IMG/VR virus record: IMGVR_UViG_3300047557_003034
Location: 1-64,000 of that record
Source of the DNA: a virus
Direction: 5' to 3' (one strand)
Length of the DNA stretch: 64,000 bases
The notes below the pieces were generated by a model, which was not told where the DNA came from, made no database searches, and was given only the letters and a program-made list of their open reading frames with translations. Each line of letters starts with the position of its first letter. Within the stretch, counting starts at the first letter, position 1. A program made the position numbers and the translations under genes. Of this stretch, positions 1-9,173 are shown piece after piece.

Positions 1-1217
1 AATTCGTAGACAATGGACAAATAAACTTTTTGAACGAAGCCAAAAAGCCAGAAGGAGTTTACGGACATAATCCAAATGCCGAAAATCAAAAGATCAGAGG
101 CATCGATTATGTAAACTACTATCAAGCTCAAAAAGGCATACACTATGAGCTCTCTAAGATGGGAGAAATCACAGATGAGAACTACAAAAAAGCTCGCAGA
201 AAGGCAGTTGAAACAATACTTAAAAACCCAGACGCATATAAAGATCTACAAATAGCAAACTTCAAGCACATCAAAAAGCTTGATAAGGATCTTGAAATGA
301 AGGAGGTTAAGAAAGATAACCACATTGACAAAGCAAACGGTCTAAAAGTCGTTAAGAAAGATGCACCAGCAAGTGCTAACGCATCAAAAAAGGAGTCAGC
401 AAAGAAGCACAAAGTAGCTCAGATGACTCAAGTACCTAAGAAAGCTAAGGGAGTTGAGGTGATGGAAGTTCCCGGCAAAGAAAAAGTACTACAGGAAGGG
501 ATGAAAGGAAAGTTTCATTCTGATGATAATACCTACACCTACGATCACTTAATTAATACTGATTCTCCAAATAAAGAACAGCTAGCTAAAGTAAGAGCAG
601 CTATTGAAGCTGACAAAAAAGAACTAGAGCAGAAAGGTAAAAAGGCTAAACTTGTTAAAGGTGATACAGTACCTTATCTAGAATTGATTGACAAAGTTAA
701 AGCTCTCAAAGAACATATCTTGGAAGATCTCATGGGTTTCAACGAAGCCTTCGAAGACATCAACAAAGGATCTAGAGTAAGGAAGAAAAGTGTAACAGAT
801 TACGATGCTGCAAGTGTTGGAAATGTAGAAGATTTTGATGGTCACATAGCCATAGTCAAATGGGACAACGGTGAAACTGAGCATGTTCAGAAAAACGTAT
901 TGACTAAGAAAAGCATACCACAACATCCTGAAGCAAGAGAGAAGTTTGGAAACATTCCCGACAGTCCATACATGACAAAAGAGGATGAGTCTACTGAGAA
1001 GCATGATAGAATAAGTGAGTTAAAGGAGAAGCTTGTAAAGGCTCTAAAGAAGCTAAAAAAAGAAGGTGCTGTTGCCAAAACAGCGGATACTGATATAAAC
1101 GTAGCTCTAGGTCAAAACCCAGCACAAGTAGCAAATACTGCAAGACAGATGGAAAAGCAACTGGGTCAGCAAATAAAAGTAACAGATACCAAAACAGGAG
1201 TAACTAGAAACGTATAA
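1..1217 (+). CDS. 5'-truncated Lys/Glu-rich protein, probable internal head/prohead-core protein
   Basis: Frame is open back to the window start (TTG at 30 is not a real start). Highly charged, many L/I-x-E sites, directly upstream of the prohead protease. Confidence 0.5.
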   Translation, partial: FVDNGQINFLNEAKKPEGVYGHNPNAENQKIRGIDYVNYYQAQKGIHYELSKMGEITDENYKKARRKAVETILKNPDAYKDLQIANFKHIKKLDKDLEMKEVKKDNHIDKANGLKVVKKDAPASANASKKESAKKHKVAQMTQVPKKAKGVEVMEVPGKEKVLQEGMKGKFHSDDNTYTYDHLINTDSPNKEQLAKVRAAIEADKKELEQKGKKAKLVKGDTVPYLELIDKVKALKEHILEDLMGFNEAFEDINKGSRVRKKSVTDYDAASVGNVEDFDGHIAIVKWDNGETEHVQKNVLTKKSIPQHPEAREKFGNIPDSPYMTKEDESTEKHDRISELKEKLVKALKKLKKEGAVAKTADTDINVALGQNPAQVANTARQMEKQLGQQIKVTDTKTGVTRNV

Positions 1218-1218
1218 T

Positions 1219-1845
1219 ATGGCGAAACAAGTTCTCATAGAGCATATGTTTTTTGAGCCTGCTCCGCAGCAGCTTACCGAGGCTAGATACAATCCAAATA
1301 AGCCTTTTATTGTATCAGGCAAGGTGCAAGCAGCTAACAAACCTAATGCCAATAAGCGTATCTACGATTACGAGATATTAGCAAAGCAAGTACAATTGTA
1401 CATAGATGGACCGATTAAGGAAAGAAGAGCATTAGGTGAATTAGATCATCCTGATTCTTCTGTCATAAACCTAAAGAACGTATGCCACAACATAACTAGA
1501 TTATGGTGGCAAGATAAAGATCTATACGGTGAATTTGAAATCTTAGATACTCCCTCAGGTAACATACTCAAAGAATTATTTATAGCTGGAATTACTGTAG
1601 GTGTTTCTAGTAGAGCTTTGGGATCTGTAAGTCCAATAGGAGAAGGCCTTGTGACAGTTGAGGATGACTTAGAGATTATTTGTTGGGATTTTGTGTCTAC
1701 ACCAAGCACTTTTGGTGCTTACGTAAAACCAGTTTCAGGGCTGCAAGAGTCGTATAATCCACAATCAATAGGCAATCAAGATCGAGTAAATAAAATAATA
1801 TCAGACATCATCTGCACACAATCAGGAGTGTGCTGTATAACTTAA
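1219..1845 (+). CDS. prohead maturation protease (T4 gp21-like)
   Basis: Motifs N-A-N-K-R-I-Y, ALGELDHP, GVSSRALGS and WDFVSTPS; lies before scaffold and MCP. Confidence 0.93.
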   Translation: MAKQVLIEHMFFEPAPQQLTEARYNPNKPFIVSGKVQAANKPNANKRIYDYEILAKQVQLYIDGPIKERRALGELDHPDSSVINLKNVCHNITRLWWQDKDLYGEFEILDTPSGNILKELFIAGITVGVSSRALGSVSPIGEGLVTVEDDLEIICWDFVSTPSTFGAYVKPVSGLQESYNPQSIGNQDRVNKIISDIICTQSGVCCIT

Positions 1846-1850
1846 GAACT

Positions 1851-2105
1851 ATGAAACAATACATCAACGAAGTAAGAAAGATGCAAAAAATTGCTGGAAT
1901 CCTTAATGAATCTCAAATAGAAATTGGAGCTAGATTTTTAGATACAGAAAAAGATCAGGTTATAACTATTAAAAAAATACTAGGTAACTCTGTTCACGTG
2001 GAGTCGGATAAACTCAAAGGACACGTGTGGCAGTGGCCAAAAGAGGAAGTTGAAAATCAAATTGACTCGGGAAGGTTACAAAAGCAAGAGGATCAAATAG
2101 ATTAG
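1851..2105 (+). CDS. small putative internal head protein with N-terminal RKMQKIAG motif
   Basis: ATG at 1851 just after the protease stop. N-terminus INEVRKMQKIAGILNES resembles the scaffold C-terminus. Confidence 0.55.
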   Translation: MKQYINEVRKMQKIAGILNESQIEIGARFLDTEKDQVITIKKILGNSVHVESDKLKGHVWQWPKEEVENQIDSGRLQKQEDQID

Positions 2106-2125
2106 AATAGCATAATAGTAAAAAA

Positions 2126-2449
2126 ATGAAACACCAACTCAACGAAATAAAAAGACTGCAGGAACTTGCTGGAGTTGTTGACGAAAACGAAGTCAACTCT
2201 CTAGATGATCCGAACATCTACGACGATGTTCCGTCTGTACGGATTACTATCGACGATGAAGACGGCAGGCCTAAAATGTTTCTTGAACTGAGTGCATTTT
2301 TTCACGACGAAGGTGATGGTAAAATAGATCTGCTCAGAGATAATCCCATGCTACAAGAGTTGCTAATGCAAGCAATCCAGCAACAAGCTCAGAAGATGTT
2401 TAGGCATACGGTACACAGCGTACTTGGTAAGCCTTTCGGAATCAAGTAA
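2126..2449 (+). CDS. small putative internal head protein with N-terminal RLQELAG motif
   Basis: N-terminus LNEIKRLQELAGVVDENE; located in the head module. Confidence 0.55.
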   Translation: MKHQLNEIKRLQELAGVVDENEVNSLDDPNIYDDVPSVRITIDDEDGRPKMFLELSAFFHDEGDGKIDLLRDNPMLQELLMQAIQQQAQKMFRHTVHSVLGKPFGIK

Positions 2450-2489
2450 ATAGTTATCCTCAAAATTTTACGTTTTCAAGGGGGACGCA

Positions 2490-2497
2490 CTATTTAT
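2490..2497 (+). promoter_or_regulatory. putative late promoter CTATTTAT (scaffold/MCP)
   Basis: Recurrent intergenic motif upstream of structural genes. Confidence 0.7.
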
Positions 2498-2590
2498 GAT
2501 AGTACGTTATTTTAATATGACGTCATAGTAATACTTTTACACTTATATTGCTACTAATTCTAATTAGCAATCAATCGAACCAAATTTAAG

Positions 2591-3760
2591 ATGGAAAATC
2601 AAGAATTGTACAAACAAGCAATCCTTGATGCAAAGGCAGTTCGCGAGACAGCTATGGCAGCAGCCAGAACAACTCTTGCCGAGCATTTTGAGCCTTACAT
2701 TAAGGAAACTATGGAAAAGACCCTCAAACAAGAAGAGATCGAAGAAACTTCTGAAATGGAAATGGAAGAAGCAGAAGATCCAACAATGGAAGGAATGAGT
2801 TATATGGACGAAAGTGCATTAGACGAGATTCTTGCTGAGTTGGATGCTCTCGAAGAAGCCAGCGACGATCAAATTGAAGAAGGTAAAGGACAAGGCATGA
2901 CTGCAGGATATTCTGAAAAAGCTCATGTTGAAAAAGGTAAAACTGGCTACGATCATAAAGCTGGAAAATCATCTGGTGATCACAAACTTCACGAAGCCGA
3001 CGACGAAGATGGCGATGATGAAGAGAAAGATGACGACGATGAAAAAGACAGCGCTCCTAAAGCTGCAAAAGCACCAGGAGCTGAAAAAGGACCTGCAGCA
3101 GATGTTGTAGATCTAACAGTTGCAGATTTCGAAGATATTATCAGAAGCGTAATCAGTCAATACCTCCCAGGTGCTGGTGAAGAGATGGGTGAACCACTCG
3201 ATGCCGACACAGAAATGGCAGCAGACATGGGTATGGGTGGAGACGAAGAAGGTGGCATGCCAGCTGGTGATGACGCAGATCTTAGCCTCGACGAAATCCT
3301 AGCTGAGCTAGAAGCTGAAGAAAAGAAAATGGAAGAAGCTGCATCAACTCCAGGTAGCATTCAAAATGCAGGAGCTTATGAAGTTTCTCAAGTTGAAGAG
3401 ATGAAGAAAGAATTGAACGAAGCAGTAAAGACCATTAAGGCTCTCAAAGCTGAACTCAATGAAACTAATCTATTCTCTGCTAAAATGCTCTATGTAAATA
3501 AAATCTTCAAGTCTAAAAACTTGACAGAATCACAGAAGAGAAAAGTTATCGATGCATTTGACAGGAACACAAGCATTAAAGAAGTAGAAAATACCTATAA
3601 GACCCTACTTGAGTCTCTTGCTAGCGATAGTAAGAAAGGTTCACTTAAAGAGTCTGTAGGATTTGCCTCAAAATCAATTGGCGGAGCACCAGCTAGGCCA
3701 ATCGTAGAAGCTGATGCCTTCGTATCAAGGTGGCAGCAATTGGCTGGTATTAAAAAATAA
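2591..3760 (+). CDS. prohead core/scaffolding protein
   Basis: Very acidic and coiled-coil-like, many L/I-x-E sites, between protease and MCP, ends RWQQLAGIKK. Confidence 0.8.
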   Translation: MENQELYKQAILDAKAVRETAMAAARTTLAEHFEPYIKETMEKTLKQEEIEETSEMEMEEAEDPTMEGMSYMDESALDEILAELDALEEASDDQIEEGKGQGMTAGYSEKAHVEKGKTGYDHKAGKSSGDHKLHEADDEDGDDEEKDDDDEKDSAPKAAKAPGAEKGPAADVVDLTVADFEDIIRSVISQYLPGAGEEMGEPLDADTEMAADMGMGGDEEGGMPAGDDADLSLDEILAELEAEEKKMEEAASTPGSIQNAGAYEVSQVEEMKKELNEAVKTIKALKAELNETNLFSAKMLYVNKIFKSKNLTESQKRKVIDAFDRNTSIKEVENTYKTLLESLASDSKKGSLKESVGFASKSIGGAPARPIVEADAFVSRWQQLAGIKK

Positions 3761-3779
3761 AAACTAAAACACATTTAAA

Positions 3780-5477
3780 ATGTCAAACCTCGTACAATCA
3801 CTCCTAGAGAGTGCTAACCCGTACCAAGATCAACTTGGTGTTAGTCAGAGGCTTGCTAAGAAATGGTCAAAATCTGGTTTGCTCGAAGGTCTTAGAGACT
3901 ACGATCGCAACAACATGGCCATTATCTTGGAAAACCAAGCCAAGCAACTCGTAATGGAACAATCAAGCACAGGCGGTAACGTAACCAACGGTGCAACCTT
4001 CACTCCCGGCAACGGTGAGCAGTGGGCTGGTGTAGCTCTTCCACTTGTTCGTAAGATCTTTGGACAGATTGCAGCAAAAGAATTCGTTTCTGTTCAGCCT
4101 ATGAATCTCCCTGCAGGTCTAGTGTTCTATCTTGACTTCCAGTATGGTAACAACATTCCTAAGCCTTTCCAAGCCGGACAATCACTCTATGGTACTCTTA
4201 ACCAAACCCTAAACAGCGGATTTGGTAACTTAGCAGAAGGTGGTCTTTATGGTCAAGGTCGCTTTGGATATTCTATCAACCAGTTCTCTGCATCTTATGC
4301 ATCTGGTTCAACTACTGCAGCTCTTGCAACTTTCCAAGACGTAAACTTTAACTCTGCCTACTCTTCTTCTATTGTTGGTGGAACAATGATTAAAGTATTC
4401 GTTAACACTGGTTCTTTAAATCTTGACACCAATGGTGTTCGTGCATTCGAACTTTCTGGTTCTTCTGGTGGCGGTGGTGCTGTTAATCCTAACTCAGTAG
4501 TTTCTGATTTCACTCAGATTCAAGGTGCTAACTTGGTGTTCATCGTAAGTGGTTCTTCACTTGCTAACGTACAGCTTAGCCTTGCAACTGGTTCAACTTT
4601 GTTCTACAACAAAGCTACCAACTTCCAAACTCGTGGTGACTTCGAAGATGCTCCAAACGATACTCCAGCTCCGTTCTCTAATCCGAACGCTGCATCATCT
4701 GCTTCTATCGTTATCCCTGAGATCAACGTACAGATGAAGTCTGAGACTATTTCTGCTAAGACTCGTAAGTTGAAAGCACAATGGACTCCAGAATTTGCAC
4801 AAGACCTTAACGCTTATCACAGCCTTGACGCTGAAGCTGAGTTGACTGGCATGCTTTCTGAGTACATCTCTCTTGAGATTGACCTCGAAATCCTTGACAT
4901 GTTGATTGAGAACGCTCAAACTGTAGCTAACTGGTCTGCTCAAATTGGTAACCAAATCAATGCTGCTGGTACAGCTTACACAAGCAACACAGCAGGTGCT
5001 TACTACAATCAAATGTCTTGGTTCCAAACACTTGGTATTAAACTCCAAGCTGTATCTAACAAGATCCATCAGTTGACTCTCCGTGGTGGTGCTAACTTCC
5101 TTGTATGTTCTCCAACTGTAGCTACTATCTTGGAATCTATCCCTGGATTTGCAGCTGACACAGATGGTGCAGCAGATACCATGAAGTATGCCTTCGGTGT
5201 ACAGAAGATTGGTGCTCTCAACAGCCGTTACAAGGTTTACAAGAACCCTTACATGACTGAGAACACAATCCTCATGGGCTTCCGTGGCAATCAGTTCCTT
5301 GAGACTGGTGCCGTTTATGCTCCGTACGTACCACTTATCATGACTCCTTTGGTGTACGATCCAAATACCTTCACTCCAAGGAAAGGTATTATGACTCGCT
5401 ACGCTAAGAAGATGATTCGTCCTGAGTACTATGGTAAGGTATACGTAAGTGACCTTCAGGTAGCTCAAGCTAGCTAA
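3780..5477 (+). CDS. major capsid protein (T4 gp23-like)
   Basis: PLVRKIF, VSVQPMNLPAGLVFYLDF, AKTRKLKAQWTPEFAQDLNAYHSLDAEAEL, YAPYVPL and FTPRKGIMTRYA motifs. Confidence 0.97.
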   Translation: MSNLVQSLLESANPYQDQLGVSQRLAKKWSKSGLLEGLRDYDRNNMAIILENQAKQLVMEQSSTGGNVTNGATFTPGNGEQWAGVALPLVRKIFGQIAAKEFVSVQPMNLPAGLVFYLDFQYGNNIPKPFQAGQSLYGTLNQTLNSGFGNLAEGGLYGQGRFGYSINQFSASYASGSTTAALATFQDVNFNSAYSSSIVGGTMIKVFVNTGSLNLDTNGVRAFELSGSSGGGGAVNPNSVVSDFTQIQGANLVFIVSGSSLANVQLSLATGSTLFYNKATNFQTRGDFEDAPNDTPAPFSNPNAASSASIVIPEINVQMKSETISAKTRKLKAQWTPEFAQDLNAYHSLDAEAELTGMLSEYISLEIDLEILDMLIENAQTVANWSAQIGNQINAAGTAYTSNTAGAYYNQMSWFQTLGIKLQAVSNKIHQLTLRGGANFLVCSPTVATILESIPGFAADTDGAADTMKYAFGVQKIGALNSRYKVYKNPYMTENTILMGFRGNQFLETGAVYAPYVPLIMTPLVYDPNTFTPRKGIMTRYAKKMIRPEYYGKVYVSDLQVAQAS

Positions 5478-5502
5478 TAACAGATAGCTGATCATAACAA
5501 AT

Positions 5503-5529
5503 AGCCGGTCCCGTAAGACCGGCTTTTTT
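5503..5529 (+). terminator. rho-independent terminator after MCP
   Basis: AGCCGGTC-loop-GACCGGCT followed by a T run. Confidence 0.85.
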
Positions 5530-5541
5530 GTTTTCTGCAAT

Positions 5542-5550
5542 CTATTTATT
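5542..5550 (+). promoter_or_regulatory. putative late promoter CTATTTATT
   Basis: Motif 12 nt before ATG 5563. Confidence 0.7.
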
Positions 5551-5562
5551 CTAAAGGAACAC

Positions 5563-5877
5563 ATGCAAGATAAGCAAGCAATAAGGTTGCAAGAGTTAGC
5601 AGGATTGCAAGAGCTGCTCAACGCACCTAAATTGACAGGTAAAATAGAGTATGACGGCTACGAAATGGATACATTTAAGGTAGGTAGCAAGACTTACTAC
5701 GGGCATCCTCGCAAGAAGGATACAAATGCAAACTACACAGACAAGAGATTAGTCTACAAAGAAGACGAATTAGAAAACCTAAAAGACGTCATACATCAGC
5801 TGAAGAAAGGCACCGATGTAGAAGATATAGATCTACCACCAAACGAATACATAAAGAATCCAGAGTTCAGAGGTTAA
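5563..5877 (+). CDS. small putative internal head protein with N-terminal RLQELAG motif
   Basis: N-terminus QAIRLQELAGLQELL; has its own late promoter and terminator. Confidence 0.55.
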   Translation: MQDKQAIRLQELAGLQELLNAPKLTGKIEYDGYEMDTFKVGSKTYYGHPRKKDTNANYTDKRLVYKEDELENLKDVIHQLKKGTDVEDIDLPPNEYIKNPEFRG

Positions 5878-5884
5878 ACTAAGT

Positions 5885-5910
5885 AGCTGGTCCAAACGAC
5901 CAGCTTTTTT
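5885..5910 (+). terminator. rho-independent terminator
   Basis: AGCTGGTC-loop-GACCAGCT followed by a T run; paralogous to the 5503 hairpin. Confidence 0.85.
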
Positions 5911-5925
5911 ATTTACACTAACAAA

Positions 5926-5934
5926 CTATTTATT
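5926..5934 (+). promoter_or_regulatory. putative late promoter CTATTTATT
   Basis: Motif upstream of phoH and the neck genes. Confidence 0.65.
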
Positions 5935-5950
5935 TGCAAAGAACTGTTAT

Positions 5951-6628
5951 ATGAATCAACTAGCGGGGAAGGAAAAACGAAAGCCAAAGAACCCAGTAAA
6001 GTTTCAAATTCAACTAAATGAAGAACAAAAGGTAGCAAAGCAGTTAATACTTGATAACACCATAACAATCCTAACAGGTCAGGCTGGTTCAGGTAAAACG
6101 TTAGTTGCATGTCAAGCTGCACTAGATTCTCTTTTCAGTAGACAATTTGAGAAGATAATCGTAGCAAGACCAGTAGTTACAGCAAGAGAAGAGATTGGAT
6201 TTTTGCCGGGTGGAATGAAAGAAAAACTTGATCCCTACATTGCACCCATCTACGATAACATGTACAGGTTGTATGATAAGAACAAGATTGATAGCTTGAT
6301 TATGGAAGGGCAAATTGAGATTATTCCGTTTGCTTTCATGCGTGGACGCAACTTTTCCAATGCTTTTATCATCCTAGATGAAGCACAAAATGTGACAGAT
6401 ACGCAGATGGAGATGGCAATATCAAGGCTATGTGAGGGATCTAAGATGGTTATAGTAGGAGATGTTGGGCAGATTGACCTAAAAGATAAGAAAGAATCAG
6501 CTCTAATCTTCCTAAACAAGGCAGTGCCTGGTGCTGTTCACGGTGTGCAATCGATGCATCTGAAGCATAATCACAGGCATCCTATAGTAGAAGAAGTGTT
6601 AAACATATATAAACAACTACGTAACTAA
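5951..6628 (+). CDS. phoH: PhoH-like ATPase
   Basis: GQAGSGKT Walker A, IGFLPG, FMRGRNF, ILDEAQN, GDVGQID and RHPIV motifs. Confidence 0.95.
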   Translation: MNQLAGKEKRKPKNPVKFQIQLNEEQKVAKQLILDNTITILTGQAGSGKTLVACQAALDSLFSRQFEKIIVARPVVTAREEIGFLPGGMKEKLDPYIAPIYDNMYRLYDKNKIDSLIMEGQIEIIPFAFMRGRNFSNAFIILDEAQNVTDTQMEMAISRLCEGSKMVIVGDVGQIDLKDKKESALIFLNKAVPGAVHGVQSMHLKHNHRHPIVEEVLNIYKQLRN

Positions 6629-7818
6629 TGGCTAACCCAGTAATATACGACGGAAATCCGGGTCCTATCTCAGGTAGTACTCCATTTGGTTATTATGATA
6701 ACGACTTGCAATACCAAGCGGACGGACCTAAAGTCGCTAATTACTGTGCAAGGAAGTTAGGATATCCAGTGCTCGATGTCGAGTTGGATGATCTTAACAT
6801 ATACGCTTGCTTTGAAGAAGCTGTATCGATATATGCAGAGGAACTCTACCAACTTAAGATCAAAGACAACTATCTTACCTTGGAAGGTCAATCAACAGCT
6901 TCTCTGCTTAACAACACAGTTGTAAGTCCAAACCTAACTAATACAATTAACATCTCAGAGACTTATGGTCAAGTGGCTGGAGTTGGTGGATTTGTTAATT
7001 GGAAGAGTGGTTCACTTGAGCTAACTGCTAGTTTGCAAAACTACGATCTATATGATTGGGCAGTCAATACTCAAGGCATGGCAATAACTGACAGACTTAT
7101 AGTACAGAGAGTCATGTACCAAGCTCCCCCAGCTGTCTACGGATACGGGTACGGAGCTTATTATCCACAATTAGGCGGTGCAGGAGCATGGCCTGGTGAT
7201 TGGGGTGGATACGGTATGGGAGCAGGTGTTGGACTAGGTGGCGGATCAAACAGTGTAACGCTATACCCAGTCTTCTGGGACATACAGAGAGTCCAAGAAC
7301 TTGAGATGTCTAACACTGTCAGACTGCCTAACTGGTCCTTTGAACTGATAGGAACAATGCTTAGGATAATGCCTATTCCACTAGTAAATGGTAGGTATGT
7401 TTCCATTCAGTACTGTTTCCAATCTGATCTAATGAGCCTTACTGAGAATAGTCCTTACGGAGCCAATCAGGGGCTAGTAGCAAACCCAAGTCAGGCACCA
7501 TACGGTAACATAACCTATACGCAGATAAATCAACCAGGAAAGCAGTGGATCAAAGAATACACAGCTGCACTTACTTCGGAACTACTTGGACTCGTAAGAG
7601 GTAAGTACACGACTGTAAACATACCTGGAAGCGATGTTACGCTTAATTACAGCGATCTCATATCAAGAGGTCAGACAATGACAACAGCACTTAGAGAGAA
7701 GTTGAGACAAGATCTAGAAGATATGTCTAGGCAAGCACAGCTTCAAAGAAAGCAATCTGAAAATGATTCGTTGCAAAGCACATTACTCAACATTCCATTA
7801 CAAGTATACGTAGGATAA
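6628..7818 (+). CDS. neck/head-tail adaptor (gp13-like)
   Basis: RKLGYPVLDVEL, WIKEYTAAL...GLVRGKY...IPG and terminal PLQVYVG; follows the head genes. Confidence 0.75.
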   Translation: MANPVIYDGNPGPISGSTPFGYYDNDLQYQADGPKVANYCARKLGYPVLDVELDDLNIYACFEEAVSIYAEELYQLKIKDNYLTLEGQSTASLLNNTVVSPNLTNTINISETYGQVAGVGGFVNWKSGSLELTASLQNYDLYDWAVNTQGMAITDRLIVQRVMYQAPPAVYGYGYGAYYPQLGGAGAWPGDWGGYGMGAGVGLGGGSNSVTLYPVFWDIQRVQELEMSNTVRLPNWSFELIGTMLRIMPIPLVNGRYVSIQYCFQSDLMSLTENSPYGANQGLVANPSQAPYGNITYTQINQPGKQWIKEYTAALTSELLGLVRGKYTTVNIPGSDVTLNYSDLISRGQTMTTALREKLRQDLEDMSRQAQLQRKQSENDSLQSTLLNIPLQVYVG

Positions 7819-7819
7819 G

Positions 7820-8311
7820 ATGGCACTATTTGGATCGATAAGAGACGCAACAATGCAGCTAGGTGTAGCAACTGAGTTTGTGGCTAATGTAGTGACACAA
7901 CAGATAGGCTATTACCAGATCATACTCAAGGACTCACCAGCAAATGTGTATGGAGAAGCACTTGTAAAGAGCTACATTGGACCAGTATTGCTGAACTGTT
8001 TGATTGAGAGAGGAGACTTTACTACAACCAGTGATAACTTTGGACCTGATACAAGAAGGGAAGTGTCCTTTAACTTTCTAAGAGAGATGCTTGTGACAGC
8101 AAATGTAGTGCCAGTTGTGGGTGATATCATCATGTATAACGAACTCTACTATGAAGTTGATAATGTGAATGAGAATCAGTTTTTCCTAGGTAAAGATAAC
8201 TCGTACGCCTACTCAACTGGACTTAATGAGTTTGGTCAGAGTTTTACTATAACATGTAACGCACACCTAACTTCACCAGAAAGATTGGGTATACAACAAC
8301 AAAGATTGTAA
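7820..8311 (+). CDS. head completion/neck protein (gp14-like)
   Basis: Synteny; NVYGEA and PVVGDIIMYNELYYEV motifs. Confidence 0.6.
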   Translation: MALFGSIRDATMQLGVATEFVANVVTQQIGYYQIILKDSPANVYGEALVKSYIGPVLLNCLIERGDFTTTSDNFGPDTRREVSFNFLREMLVTANVVPVVGDIIMYNELYYEVDNVNENQFFLGKDNSYAYSTGLNEFGQSFTITCNAHLTSPERLGIQQQRL

Positions 8312-8312
8312 T

Positions 8313-9173
8313 ATGCCACAACAAGTTAGACCACAGAACAGACGAGAGTTCCTCGATAAAGTCATCGTACCAACTGACCCTCAGTACGGTAATCCTAATA
8401 TCATCTTCTCTGAGCCGTTTAAACCGGGTCAGCCTGAGTTCAATAGGGCATATGAGACAACCTACGATGAAGCACCAACCAAGAAGTTTTCAATAGGTTT
8501 AAAGGATGTTAACGAGGCTCTAGATTGGTATTTCAATCAGCATCTCAAGCTAGAAGTATTCCAAAATAATGATACAATACTGGTGCCTGTCATATACGGT
8601 ACACCAGAAAAGTGGAAGTCAGTTCAGGCTGATGGTTACTATAGGAACAATGCTTCACAGATCATGTCACCTCTCCTAATGTATAAGAGAGCATCAGTGG
8701 AGCAGAATAGAGAGCTAGGCAACAAACTTGACGGTAATAGAGCGTATAATGTACAGCTTTTTGAAAAAGTCTTCAATAGGAGAAACATATACGATAACTT
8801 CTTCACACTACAAGGTCAGAAGCCACAGAAAGAATACTATGTGGTGGTCACACCTGACTACATAACAGCTACCTACGATTGTGTTATATGGACAAACTAC
8901 GTAGAGCAGATGGATAAGTTGATAGAGTCTCTTAACTTTGCATCCAACTCTTACTGGGGTGATCCGTCCAGGTTTCAGTTTCTAACTAAGATTGAGACCT
9001 TCAATGATGTGCAGACCTATGAACAAGGGGAAGATAGGCTAGTTAAGACTGAATTTACTATGACTATCAACGGGTACTTAGTACCGGATAGTTTAAATGC
9101 ATACCTAGCACAGTTGTCGAGTAAGACGTATAACATTTGTAAGATTGTCTTTTCAACTGAAATGGTACTATGA
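8313..9173 (+). CDS. tail terminator/sheath stabiliser (gp15-like)
   Basis: VPVIYGTPEKW, MSPLL, PDYITATYDCVIWT, EQMDKLIE and FTMTINGYL motifs; synteny. Confidence 0.65.
   Translation: MPQQVRPQNRREFLDKVIVPTDPQYGNPNIIFSEPFKPGQPEFNRAYETTYDEAPTKKFSIGLKDVNEALDWYFNQHLKLEVFQNNDTILVPVIYGTPEKWKSVQADGYYRNNASQIMSPLLMYKRASVEQNRELGNKLDGNRAYNVQLFEKVFNRRNIYDNFFTLQGQKPQKEYYVVVTPDYITATYDCVIWTNYVEQMDKLIESLNFASNSYWGDPSRFQFLTKIETFNDVQTYEQGEDRLVKTEFTMTINGYLVPDSLNAYLAQLSSKTYNICKIVFSTEMVL

Noticed and set aside
4695-5621. 308-aa minus-strand ORF
   Set aside because: Antisense shadow of the codon-biased MCP gene; no recognisable motifs.
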